In this document: piece after piece, positions 38,901 through 49,800 of the stretch | Position numbering within the stretch: the stretch's first letter is position 1 | How the letters are laid out: every line of letters starts with the position of its first letter | Assembly (NCBI GenBank): GCA_905178155.1 | Contig: CAJINV010000016.1 | Location: 1,331,386-1,395,385, forward strand | Source of the DNA: Amoebophrya sp. A120 | Lineage: Eukaryota > Protista > Dinoflagellata | Length of the DNA: 64,000 bases | Reading direction: 5' to 3' | Notes under the pieces: model-generated | Databases searched by the model: none | What the model was told of the DNA's origin: nothing | Seen by the model: only the letters and a program-made list of their open reading frames with translations | Program-made: the position numbers and the translations under genes

Positions 38901-41900
38901 TTTTTTCCTGGATAGGATCCCGTGCCTATCCCGAATTGCGAACGCATCTCCCGTCCCAAGCGTCCCGACCATCGCAAACCCGCCATCCCAGTCCTTCGCT
39001 GCTTCCTGTAAGACGAACCCTAAGTCCAAATTCTCCTCCACCAGCTCCTGACACTTCTTCGCGACATGTCCCTGCGAGCTAAAGTTCACGTACCTTCTGT
39101 TGTGCTCCGCGTCCAGCTCCTGTCCGATGATCTCCAGGCAGGTCACCGTGTCGGATTTCGCCCGTGGGTGCTGGCCGGACTCGACCAAACGGTCGAACAA
39201 GTAGTCGGAATTCGTCAAATTGAAGTTCCCGGCCAGTAGCGCGCATTTGCTCCGCCAATTGGATTCGCGCAAAAAGGGGTGTAGTTGGTCAATGGAGTGA
39301 GAACCGAAAGTCCCGTACCGCACGTGTCCCAAATACAACTCACCTACGAATGACTTCTGCGACTCCGGCACCGTGGTTTCGAACAGATGTTCAATCGCGT
39401 TTTTGTCGCAGGATTTGCACACATCGACGTATGGTTCCCCCGGATCCGCGTCGGTTCTCACACAGGCAATCCCCGCGCCGTCCTGTCCCCGGTTCCGTTG
39501 CTTCTCGAGCATGACATACATCAAATCCACCCCGACCTTGCTGTCGATGCCGTACTTTTTCTGGTAGTACTCCTGCGGCTTCCGTAGTTTGATCATCGCG
39601 ATCCCGCACTCGTTATGAACTGCAAAAGTATCGCACTCGTATAAATGCATTTGATTTCCATTTCCTCAGCATGAGAAATAAAATTTGTAATGCTGATCTG
39701 CCTCAAGAAAAAGATTTGTAACGCATGATTGCAATACGAGTACGATACTTTTGCACAGGATACTCGTGTTTGGGCCGGTCGTCCGCGATTTCCGTTGTGG
39801 ATTTCCCGATTTGATAAGGAGCCGCTTCAGAATCGGTGGTGGGTTCCTTCGTGGAGATGGAGGAAGCGGGCTGTTTGGAAGAAGATTTGGAAGCTATTCC
39901 CTGCTCCCCCGCGACGATACTAGCCACCGTTTCCACACCGAGGTCCGAACAGCACTTAATCACCTGGATCAAGGCTTTCCGCTCCAATGCTTGGACTTTG
40001 TCCCGGACTGTGACACAAGTATCCTTCTCCGGATCGATCCCCGAAGCGATTTTTTGCAGAATCACCGGCCCCTCGTCATACCCCCCGTTCGTGACAAAAT
40101 GCACCGTGCAGCCGGATTCGGTTCTTTTATTGTCCAAAACGGCTTGGTGCACGTGATCGCCGTACATGCCCTTCCCGCCGAACTCGGGGAGCAAACTCGG
40201 GTGCACGTTGATCACTTTGTTCTGAAGTTGTTCGGGAATGAGGAATTTGCACATGTAGCCGGCGAGGACGATCAAGTCGACTTGGTAGTTGGAATTGAGG
40301 ATTTCGATCACGTCTTGCGACATTTTTTCCCATTTATCCTCATCTGTAGCATTTCCTTTGTACTTCCTGCTCTCCACAACATGGACCGGAATCCCAGCTT
40401 TCTCCGCCCGTTGAATTCCCTTCGCGTCTTTCCGCGAAGCGATGACGACGGAAACGGAGCAGGAGGGAAGGGTTTTGTCTTCGATTTTGTCCAAAATGTT
40501 TTGCAAGGTAGTACCAGAACCGGAGAGGAGGACAGCCATGCGGAGGATCGGAGGTGCCGCAACTGCAACTTGCGCATCTACGTCAGAAATTTCGTCCGCT
40601 TTCTCGTAGAATCGCTTGATCGAAGTTGTGGTTGCTAGTCTTCCAGTCGCAATCGCACCGTTCTCCGACTCCGGACTGGTGGCAATCAAACCGGCCTTTT
40701 TCGTCGGAGATGGGATCTCCGAATCCGAGATGATCTGCAGCAGCGATTTTTTCTCACAACCAGCCTCCGCTTTCCTCGTTTTCAAAGCCCACTCGTAAGC
40801 GTTCCGGAACAACTTCACCCACGGTGTGTAGCTCACGTTTTCATTCACCTCGGACGCGATGGTCGGCATGCCGCCACAGTTGTTGATCGGAACCTGCCAG
40901 GAGATGAAGCTCCTCTCCGGGTGCGGCATGAAGGCCAAATGCCGGCCGTCGGAAGAGAGAACACCAGCAACCCCGTTTTTCGACCCATTCGGGTTCATCG
41001 GGTACGTCTCCGTCGGCTTCCCCTCGTCGTCCACATAGGAGAAACACGGCTTGCACTTCTCACCAACAGCGTTGCCCTCCTGTTCAATCTCAAACTGCCC
41101 TTCCCCGTGGGAAATCCAAACTCCTAAAACCGAATCAGTCAGCCCGTCTAACCAAACAGAGTTCGTCTTCGTTGTTTCCTCCGGTGCGTCTTCTTGGAAA
41201 GAGCATTTCACCGAGCAAAACCGGGACTCGAACCGGCCGGATTTGTTGTGCTTCAGTTTTACCCCCTGCCCGAGCCAATCCAGTTGGCTCATGAGTTGGC
41301 ACCCGTTGCAAATTCCCAGGGAAAACGTGTCGGGTCTGGATTTGAACAAATCAAACTGCTTCTTCAACGCTTCATCACAGTTGATTTTCATCGCCCAGCC
41401 GGTAGCGGAACCGAGCGTGTCCGCGAAAGAAAAACCGCCGACGAAAATCACACCCTGAAACCGGTTCAGTTGAATCTTTCCGGATTGCAGATCAGACATG
41501 GTGACGTCCCACGGCTCAAAACCGACTGCGGATAAAGCCCAGGACATCTCCCGTTCCCCGTTGGAACCTTCTTCGCGCAGAACAGCGACGGGGATTTTCG
41601 GCGATTCGTCGGTTGATTTCTTCAAAAAGTCGAAATCCAACTTCTCAAAGTTATCAATTTTGAACTTCGGTCCGGTTCTCGTCAGCAATCCCATCCTTTC
41701 CTCTTCCACACAGGTTTTCTCGCACTGCTGCTTCTCCAACTCGAACGAAGTGGACTCCCAGGTGTCGCGGAGTTGGCGCATGGAGGTTGCGGGGAGCAGC
41801 TCCTGTTCGCGCGTCGTTTTAACGATGATCACGTCGTCCTCTAATGTTCTTCCAACCGTGACGGCGTTCAATGCGTCAATGACTTCAAACGCGTCTTCGT

Positions 41901-44900
41901 CGTCAACTTCGAGGAGTAGACCGGGTGCTTCGGAAAACAGGAAACCGAGGGCCTGATGAGATGACGATGAATTTGATGTATCTATTTATATTTTTGCATT
42001 TCAACGAGCATTCTGACTTCAAGCATGCTTACTACACAACACTGCAAGAGAAATCATGCACCCGCATCTTCAATTCCAAATCTTACCTCCGATTCTGAGC
42101 AATTCACACTCACGTCCGCCCCGAAGTTCCCCGCGAAACACATCTCCAGCAAACAGGTCAAAAACCCACCGTCGGAAATGTCGTGGACGGAAAGAATTTT
42201 GTCAAACACCTTGTCCGTCTGGAAAATTTCAAAAACCTTCTTCAACTTCTCCAAATCCACATCGCACGCCCCGCAAACGTTCCAGTCGTAGACCTGCGCG
42301 AGCGCCGTCCCGGCCAACTTCCACTTCATTTCCCCCTTCACCAAAGGGGAACTGGAATCGATTCTCTCCATCCCGAGATCCACAAAGAGAATCCGTGACC
42401 CCGCCTTCTTGAACTCCGGCGTAATCTTTCTCCGCACGTCCGGCACCTTCGCGTAGCAGGTTAAGACCACCTCCCCCGGGCACTTCACGACGCCGTTGGT
42501 TTTCGTTCGCGTCGCCATGGATAACGAGTCCTTCCCGCCGTCGATTGCGAGGCCCAGGTACTCGATAGAGCTGCACAGGGCCTCACACACGTCGTACATT
42601 CGCGCCCCTTCGCCGGGAAACTTCGCCGGCCACATCCAATTCCCACTTGCGCGGACGTTGTCTAACCCACCTTCAATCTGTACGCCGATGAGATTCAAAA
42701 CTGCCTCCGCAACAGTGAGTTTCGCCTGCTTCTGGAGGTCGGAAATGGTCCCGGAAAGACCTTTTAGCGGCTGCTCCCCGATCGAAACCGCAGCGCCGTC
42801 CGTCGTTAACGGGGAATGCGCCACGACCGCACAATCCGCGAGAGGTGTGTATGGCGTTCTCAACTGTTACATAATTCTCAACTATTACATAAATTTGTGA
42901 TGCAAGAATGGCAAAAGTGAAAGGGGTGACCTTGCGCGTCTTGCATGACAGATTCGGCCCAGATTCTCAGCCTGTTTGGCTCTTCGAGAATTTGATGTCA
43001 TGCAAAGCAGCTTGATCGTGTCAATTCTGAGTGTAATTTTGCATGACAAAAAATCGTGTAACAGTTGAGAATGTAACATTTGAGAACGCCATAGTGTGTG
43101 CAGGGGTCCAACGCATTGCTGTTGCGCGACTAAGCCGGTGACGGAGCGGTCGACTTTGTTGGTTAAGAACCTCTTCGACCCGACGGAAATCAAGCGTAAA
43201 ATGCGATCCAACGCCGCTCCGACGGAAGCGGTTGGGGAGGGTTTGACCGTGATGTTTTCACCAGATGAATCCTTCTCCGCCAACTCCGCCGCCAGGGACT
43301 TCGCTGGCACATCCGTCGGCGGCGTGCCGCAGAAGGGGAGCGGGGGTTGCAGACTGTCGATCGGGTAGGGGAATCGCGGTTTGATCCGGTCGGAGACAAA
43401 AGTTTTCTGCGGCATCTTCCCCAAAACCGCTTCTAATGGTAAATCCACGATTTTCTCCTCCCCGTAGTGGACCACGATTTTTCCATCCCCCGTGATTTCC
43501 CCGACACAAGAGAAGGACAATTGCTCCCGTTTACAGATCTTTTCAAACAAATCCAGATTTTTGCTGTCTATCAACAACGCGTCGTTCTCCTGGAATTCCG
43601 CGACCCACAGCTCCAACGCCGTCATGGTGTTGTCGCCGATCAACATTTTGTCCAACTGGATCTTCGCCCCAGCTGGGTACGCGATTTCCTTCAAAACGTT
43701 CCCAGATCCCCCCGCGCCCTGGTCGTGGATGGACAAAATCGGATTTTTCTCCCCCAATTCCAAGCACGCCCGGATCACACACTCGCACTTCCGCGCCATC
43801 TCTGCGTCAGCTCGTTGCACCGCGTTGAAATCCAGCTCGGCTTTGTTGTCGCCCGCCACCATGGAGCTGGCCGCGCCACCGCCAACCCCGATCCGGTACG
43901 CCGGGCCGCCGATTTTGATGATCAGGTTCCCCGGTGCTGGCTCGTGTTTTTTCACGTGCCGGTGGAGCATCCGGCCCAAACCGCCGGAAAACATAATCGG
44001 TTTGATCCACTCGACGCGCTCGGTTGTGGGTTTATTTCCCCCAACATCTTCTTCTGAAGCAGGACTTTCGACGATCGATCCGTAACTCCTGGTAAACCCC
44101 GCAACCAGTGGTTCGCCGAACTTGTTCCCGTAGTCCGATGCGCCATTCGAGGCGGAGACCAAAATGTCCAGCGGTTTCGCCATGTTTTCCGGGTAAAGCG
44201 GCTCGTTTTTCGACGTTTTATCGGAGATTGACAATTCGCTACACTTTTCCAACACTTCCTTTTCCCACACACAACCGGCGTAATTCTCCGTCTTCGGGAG
44301 ATCTAAATTCCCCACACAGTACCCCGCAATCCCCGCTTGCACGTACGCGCCGCAGCCCGTCGAGTGGTTGTCCCGGATCCGCCCGCCTGACCCCGTTTCC
44401 GCACCGGGAAGAGGGGCGATCCCGCAGGGGAAGTTGTGCGTCTCCGCGGTGAGGGTGATGTCTAAATCCTGTTCGGTCAATTTGTAGTATCCAAAGCAAA
44501 TTTCCCGTACGCACCACACAAATCGAAATCAATGCGGTCTCCGCATGACAAAATTTGCCTTCAATCCTACTCAGCATGACAGACAGCGAACTCTAAGTTA
44601 GCCAAGTTGTCATGCAATTTGAAAGAGTACAGGAAATTTGTATTGCATATGTACGGAGCGGAGATCATCCCGTTTCCTCCCAGCGGCAGGGGGATTTTCA
44701 CCTTCGCACCCCGCTGCGCGGAACTGTTGTCTTCGAACGCGATGGTGGAGCAATCGAGTTCCTCGTTTTTTTGCTTCAATTTGTACGCGTTTTTCACGAT
44801 TTGGAACAAAGTTTTCTCCTTCTCAATACCGTCAATCATCATTTTCCCGCCGAAAAACCAATGTCGACTGTGCTCCGAATTCCCCTGCGCCAGGTCGAAG

Positions 44901-45733
44901 AGCTCGATGTCGGTCGGGTCCCGTTTCAGATTCTCGGTGTACAAGCTGTAGTAGTAGGAGAGGTCGTTCTCGTCAAAACCAAGGGACTGTTCCTCGGAGA
45001 AAGCTTTCAAAACGGCGATCCCGGCATCCTTTGTACCCGCGGAGAGGACCCGGATGGATTTGACACCGGAGGAAGATGTGGAGGGGGTTGTGGTGTCAGA
45101 GTCGGTCGTCGCTTCAGAAGACGAGCTGGAGAACAGCGTAGCAGCAGCATCTTTGTCCTCAAACTCGTACACACATTCTGTCATGCGGTCGTGGACCAAG
45201 GACTCGAAAAATTTCTTCGCTGCAGCACCATCGCCAGCGCTTGAGGTCTCTGGTGCCTTCACCAGAAACCGTTTCGTCACTTCGATCCGCTCCACATCTG
45301 CTAGCCCGCACCCCTTCGCAATGCTCACCGAGTGCGTGCTCTGCGCGGAGGTGAATTGTTGCCGCGGCCCAACTTCGACGAGTATCCAGGAAAAAACACC
45401 CGTCGCCATCCAATTTGTCATGCATAACACGCATAAAATCCAGTCTTTGTCATGCATAAAATGGATGGGGACGATGGGTTTCTTTCTGCGAATAACGAGG
45501 AAGCTGCTCGTACTACTTCCACTGTTCTTTATCGAAGTTCCTGCACAGTTTGTGATTTGTAGGATTTTGTTCAAAATGTCGTTCGTTTCGTCAATGCCCA
45601 AAACGTGGTAACAGAGTTCAGATTCCAAAATTTCAAATCCGGCGGTGGAGACGGCGTTCTTCTGGGCGAAAGAAATAGGCGGTGCTTCGGCTTTGCGAAA
45701 CAGCTTCAGGGACTTCTTGATGTGCTCCACCAT
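27798..45733 (-). CDS. Pentafunctional de novo purine biosynthesis protein FGAMS-GART-GPAT-GARS-AIRS (PurL-PurN-PurF-PurD-PurM), 16 exons, ~3,314 aa
   Basis: Removing 13 TIR introners (+1 TSD each) and 2 GT-AG introns (41953-42086, 38545-38723) gives a 9,945-nt frame from ATG 45733 to TGA 27798. PurL-PurN, PurF-PurD and PurD-PurM are each joined within single stop-free exons; PurN-PurF join in frame across 39614-39762. Confidence 0.88.
28025..28202. mobile_element. TIR introner, family B, degenerate TSD gccga/tccgc
   Basis: Removal plus 5 nt gives the conserved FNCG|IGM. Confidence 0.9.
28754..29014. mobile_element. TIR introner, family A (right end ATG), TSD cccga
   Basis: Join TIG|[16 protein letters not shown]. 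Confidence 0.92.
29078..29356. mobile_element. TIR introner, family C (TATCCTGAGTAAAAACGT.CCCAC.CCAGAGT), TSD gcgaa
   Basis: 279 bp; near-identical copy at 56645-56923; join DYFA|TGKL. Confidence 0.95.
29594..29851. mobile_element. TIR introner, family A, TSD ttgcc
   Basis: Perfect ~30-bp TIR and TSD; join QTA|RPGC. Confidence 0.94.
30035..33510 (-). CDS. purD: GAR synthetase domain of the fusion
   Basis: [66 protein letters not shown] (after splicing), TSGGRVL. Confidence 0.96.
30554..30876. mobile_element. TIR introner, family D (TAT...AAAAATCC.CCCTCCCCATA), TSD catca
   Basis: Homologous to 53554-53875; join QAVM|PLLE. Confidence 0.93.
30920..31069. mobile_element. TIR introner, family B (inverted), TSD tgtaa/tgtac
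   Basis: Splits the PurD signature LEY|NCRFGDPE. Confidence 0.93.
31618..33149. mobile_element. 1.5-kb composite introner (family J-like ends) with a nested insertion, TSD gaatg
   Basis: Perfect TSD; join RWNI|PTAEY. Interior ~31760-33105 has degenerate T-tract/A-tract inverted arms, GC-rich blocks and tandem TTTTTCGGCTTCCGAAAATATC units (32285-32615). Confidence 0.9.
33545..39608 (-). CDS. purF: Amidophosphoribosyltransferase (Ntn glutamine amidotransferase + PRTase) domain of the fusion
   Basis: KHE|[66 protein letters not shown]. Confidence 0.95.
36300..36850. repeat. Long foldback palindrome built from ~30-bp tandem A-tract/CGCGCG units
   Basis: 36359-36411 is the reverse complement of 36739-36790 (the same peptide [17 protein letters not shown] appears on both strands); centre ~36575. 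Confidence 0.9.
37030..37088 (+). repeat. Tandem duplication of caacatgtggcctccacaagccaaatag
   Basis: Two adjacent identical copies. Confidence 0.85.
38806..38914. mobile_element. Short TIR introner, family H (109 bp), TSD ggatc
   Basis: Join RHGI|RPCFY; homologous to 45383-45494. Confidence 0.92.
39614..39762. mobile_element. TIR introner, family B, TSD ctcgt, immediately before the PurF catalytic Cys codon
   Basis: Perfect TSD; join PKHE|CGIA. Confidence 0.94.
39955..40545 (-). CDS. purN: GAR transformylase domain of the fusion
   Basis: [55 protein letters not shown]. Confidence 0.95.
40790..45733 (-). CDS. purL: FGAM synthetase domain (large-type PurL with glutaminase) of the fusion
   Basis: [78 protein letters not shown]. 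Confidence 0.96.
42850..43093. mobile_element. TIR introner, family K (TATGGCGTTCTCAA.TGTTACA), TSD gtgtg
   Basis: Join GPLHT|PLADC (conserved FGAMS motif). Confidence 0.94.
44488..44649. mobile_element. TIR introner, family J (TAT.CAA..CAAATTTCC.GTAC), TSD tgtag/tgtac
   Basis: Join SAPY|KLTEQ leading into AETHNFP. Confidence 0.9.
45383..45494. mobile_element. Short TIR introner, family H (112 bp), TSD acgag
   Basis: Join SFLV|EVGPR; element+TSD is 117 nt and stop-free, so it is hidden inside ORF 44567-45742. Confidence 0.9.
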
Positions 45734-46847
45734 TGTGGGCAAAGCAGTGGAAGGCTGCGGTCTTCCGGTAATGTAGAAATAGAATCAGTATCAGATACAA
45801 CTTTTTGACGAAAACACAAAACCAAAACTGAAGTCGGAAACAACAAACAAAACGTTCGATCTTGCTACAATTCGTTTTTTGTGGTCATGACGTGAATTTC
45901 ATGATCTTGCCAGCACATCCATGATGATATCATGGCCCGGTGCCAGTGCTGGGAGCAAGAGCTACTTCTATCTTGCGCTTGTTTTCCCGCCCTGTCCACC
46001 AGTGTAACCACTACAAGTACAAGCTGAAGTCTTTGTAAGTGCATCATGTTGCGCATGGCTTTGATAGTCCGCTCTCGCTTTTGATTTCCACCGCTCTAAA
46101 GACCAACCAGCACAGACATAGGCTCTTCCTGATGAAAAGAAGACCTCTCTTCACTCCGCAATCCATCCTACCCGCCTTGCGAACAGGAATCCCCGCGCTC
46201 TTTCCTCAGAAGTTGCGCGAACAAAGCACCCTGCAATCAAACCGGGCGGAGGTCACGAGCTTTTTTTTTCCTATTTCTCTACAGCATTCAACTCAAATGT
46301 CGTGTGTTTGTGTTGGTGTGTGTTTTTTTCAGAAACGCCAATGATTTTGTTGTTCTTGTTACTCTAATTGAAAAGTTGCTGACTTCTCTGCATACTCTGC
46401 TATGAATGTAGCTGAGAAAGCACAAGCTCTACAGTTGCTTTTGCAGCAGACCTAGGCTGTGCTAATCAAAGCAAAAAATCCGACTCAGCAAGAAATATTA
46501 CGACGAGAAAGTGCAGCTTTTACTTTGGTGTACTTAATTTTGAAGATTTTGTCTGCGCAAAAATGTGACACCTCTCATGAGCGTGGGCGTCTTTCTTTGG
46601 TAGAATAACTGTAGAAACAGTCAACTGGAACTGACAAAACTGTAGGTCTTCGAAAAGAACTCTGTACAATGAAGAATCTCTGTACATGGATGAGGTTTCT
46701 TTGGGGGAGAAACGACTTACTGTAAAAGCTACTCAGTTTGAAAACTAGTACCGGGTTGGGGTACAATATGAATATCTAAAAGAAGTGGTAGTTCAAACAA
46801 AAATGCGTGCTGTGAAAAAACTTTAATTGTCGTCGTGCTTATGATTT

Positions 46848-49800
46848 TTACACCATATTACCAGCGTTTGCGTTAGCGCCTTTGGGACTGGGCCGACCAG
46901 TGGCAGGAGAGCCAGGAGATGCGGTTTTGGAGCCGGGTGGGCGCTTTGGCTGCGTCGAGGGCGAAGAACTCGACGAACCAGCCGAAGGACTCGATCCGCC
47001 TGAGCTTCTTGACCGTGACGTCATCGCGAAATGCTGCCCCTCATCAATACTGCCAATGCTCTCATAGCTGTCCCTCCCCCCAGATGCCCACTGCAGGCCG
47101 AACTCGCTGTCCCGGTTCATGTTCGTGGTCCGCTCGCCCATATTCATGGAAGCGACGTTCCTGCGTTGAACCGGCTCGGTTGTCGCTCTTGTCACGTCCT
47201 CCATCCCTTCCGGCTCATCCAGTGTCGAAACCATCCGCTTCGGCCTGGCTACCGGCCGGCTCGTGTCATCATCGGCATTCATCATGGAAATCGTGTTTCC
47301 CCTGGTCATGCCCCTGCCCATGCTCGGCCTGGCCGTCGGCGGCTTGTCCATAATGGCTGGCAAAGGGTCGTTTTCCTGATCGTGATCCGGGGTTCGATGC
47401 CCGGTTGGGGTGCCTGGTTCCGGTTCCGCTGTGGTTCGAGCGTCTTTCTCAGCTTTTTCCTTCGCCATGCGCTCTTCCTGCTCCTTCGCTTCCTTCAACT
47501 TCTTCTCGATGTGCTCCTGCATCAAGCTGTCCGGAAGCTCAATAGCATTTTTCAAATCCCCGTCTTTGGACTTGGGGGAATTATCGCCGTCTTTCTTGTT
47601 CCCTTCTGAACCGTCGTCACCTTCACCCTCCTTGTCCGGCACTTCAAACCCGAGCTGCATCATCTTCGTTGCGTACCACCTGTCAACCACGTTCGCATAC
47701 TCATTGTCCGCGTAGTAGAAATCCACTAACCCGAACGGCTTGAACGCCTTCTGCCACAGGAACAAAACGGACCCGATCAACCCCGTGTACCCCGCCATCG
47801 CACCGAGTAACGCCAAGAAGTCACTAAACGACAGCAGCGGCAACTCCTGAAACCTTTGGCTCGCGGCGTCGATCTCGAAGATGATACGCACACTCGCCGC
47901 GGACTTCATCGTGTAGTCCGCTTGCTGAAAGGAAATGTCCAGAGCGGAAATTGAGTTCAGCCACCTGGTGAGTTTAATCGTCCCGGTCCACTTGTTCACG
48001 TTGTAGACCGGGTTGACCTGCCAGACGAGCTTTATCAGAATCTTCGTCATCGGCTTAAGTCCGATGTAACCGTCCTCAGCACTAGTCAACTGACGCAAAC
48101 CCGGCATGATGTCCAAGTCGAGGTTGTCTAATTCCTCCAACAGCAATTCGTACTGCGGGGTCGTGGTCAACGGCCAATGCAAGGGCGCCACCTGTTTCAC
48201 CATGCTGGTCGTTTTCTCCTTGTTCACCCGGATCGACACCCCGGGAAGGATCATAGGGGGGTTCGCGGGGATTCCCTCTGCACACCCTTTGATCGCGTCG
48301 GTGCACACCGCCCGTCCCCTCGCCATCGCTTCCGCGGCCCATAATCTCGGTTGGCCGTCCTTGAAGTCTTTTTGCCCGGCTTTGTACTCTTTCTCGACTG
48401 CGAGGAATTGGGAATCGATCGTCATTTGATACAGCATCTCCACATCGAGAATGTATTCTGGCTTATTATTTTCGTATTCTGTGCTGGCTCTGACGTCCGG
48501 GCTCATCCAGTGCCCGGTTAAGCCGCCTTCGACTTGGAATTCCATAACATTTGCTGGTAAAAAATCTTCCATGCAAAACAGCCGGTATCTGTCTACCGAG
48601 TCGGTTTGCATTTGCTCCTTGGTTTTGCACCGGTTGCCTCCCGGACTGTCCTTGAACGGCGTAATTTTACACGACTTCACGGCTAAGTTATCCGCCTCGT
48701 GGAAGGTCAGCTTGTCCCAAAAGGAGGCGTCGGCAGATTGTGCGGTCCCGAAGAAATTCGTGAGGCGCTCGTTTGCAATGTGGGTCGAGGGGCACAAGTC
48801 TGCGATCGGCACTCTCCGCGGCATCACAAACATGGCCACATGCGCATCCAGCATCGTGGGAGACGAAAATGTTTCCAGAGGCGTTTCGCCCGACCGGTCC
48901 CGAGGCAAGTAAGTCGCACTGGCGTCGCGGAAGAGGTTTATTTGCGATATCGTTTGCACGACAAAGGAAACCACCTTCTTGCTCGGGATCAAAGCGGCGA
49001 CAGAAGCTGCGAACTGGGACACTGCTTCTTTGACGTCGCCTGTGACCGCGGTCAAATGGATTTGGTCGAAGAACCCGAGTTGCTCTAGCTGCGCCTGGGA
49101 CAATAACCCATGCGCGCATTGCGGGACATCCGTGATTCGTGCGTTTGGCGGCCAGTTGGATTCATCAGTCCAATCCTTCGTGCAGTCAGTCTGGTTCAAG
49201 ACCCAGGTTGTAGTGGTTGTGTTGGTGCTGTTGACGGTGAGGAATCTTCTGATTTGTCCCGCGGAAGCAGTGGCGGCGAAATTTTCTGGCTGAAGCTGTT
49301 GCATCGTTGTCGCGTACTCCTCCACAACGTCGTTTAACTGCCGCCACTGGTCTTGACTCAACTTGTAGTTCAAAACGTCTTCGTTTTCTTTCGCCAGCAT
49401 GTGCCGGTAGTTCCGCTTCGTGAACTCCCGCTCAATCGCCATCCAGTCGGTTTGGAGCTGTTCCAACGAGGGGGTGCGTTTGTAGTTCTGTTTTTTCTTG
49501 TATTTTTGTCTTTGTTCCTTCGTAGTAGAGGTTTCGGCTGTGGTCGTTTTCTCCGTGACTTCCACATCGTTTGGATCAGTCATCTCGTCATAGTCGTCGA
49601 CAGAGTAGGGCCTTTCCACCACCTCCTCCCCCGCAGAGGAACTATCAACCCGCCCCGGCCGACCCGTTTTCGGATCGAAGCTCCTGATCCTATCCCGCTT
49701 CTTCCGCTTTGCCATCAAATCATGCGCCGGCCTGCCGTGCCCATCTCGTAGCTCGGAAGAAGACGGCTGGTTCATCTGGTTTTCGCCAGTAGCAGGGAAA

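Noticed and set aside
39751-44085. Long plus-strand ORFs opposite the purine gene (e.g. 39751-40638, 43467-44057)
   Set aside because: Antisense shadows of a strongly supported minus-strand CDS.
13026-45494. Periodicity in element lengths (clusters near 110, 150, 260 and 310 bp)
   Set aside because: Clusters track family identity and the sample is too small to support helical or nucleosomal periodicity.
27798-45733. A bacterial pur operon or a frameshifted pseudogene cluster
   Set aside because: Domains are fused without stops or restarts, GT-AG introns are present, and every interruption is repaired exactly by removing an element plus one repeat.
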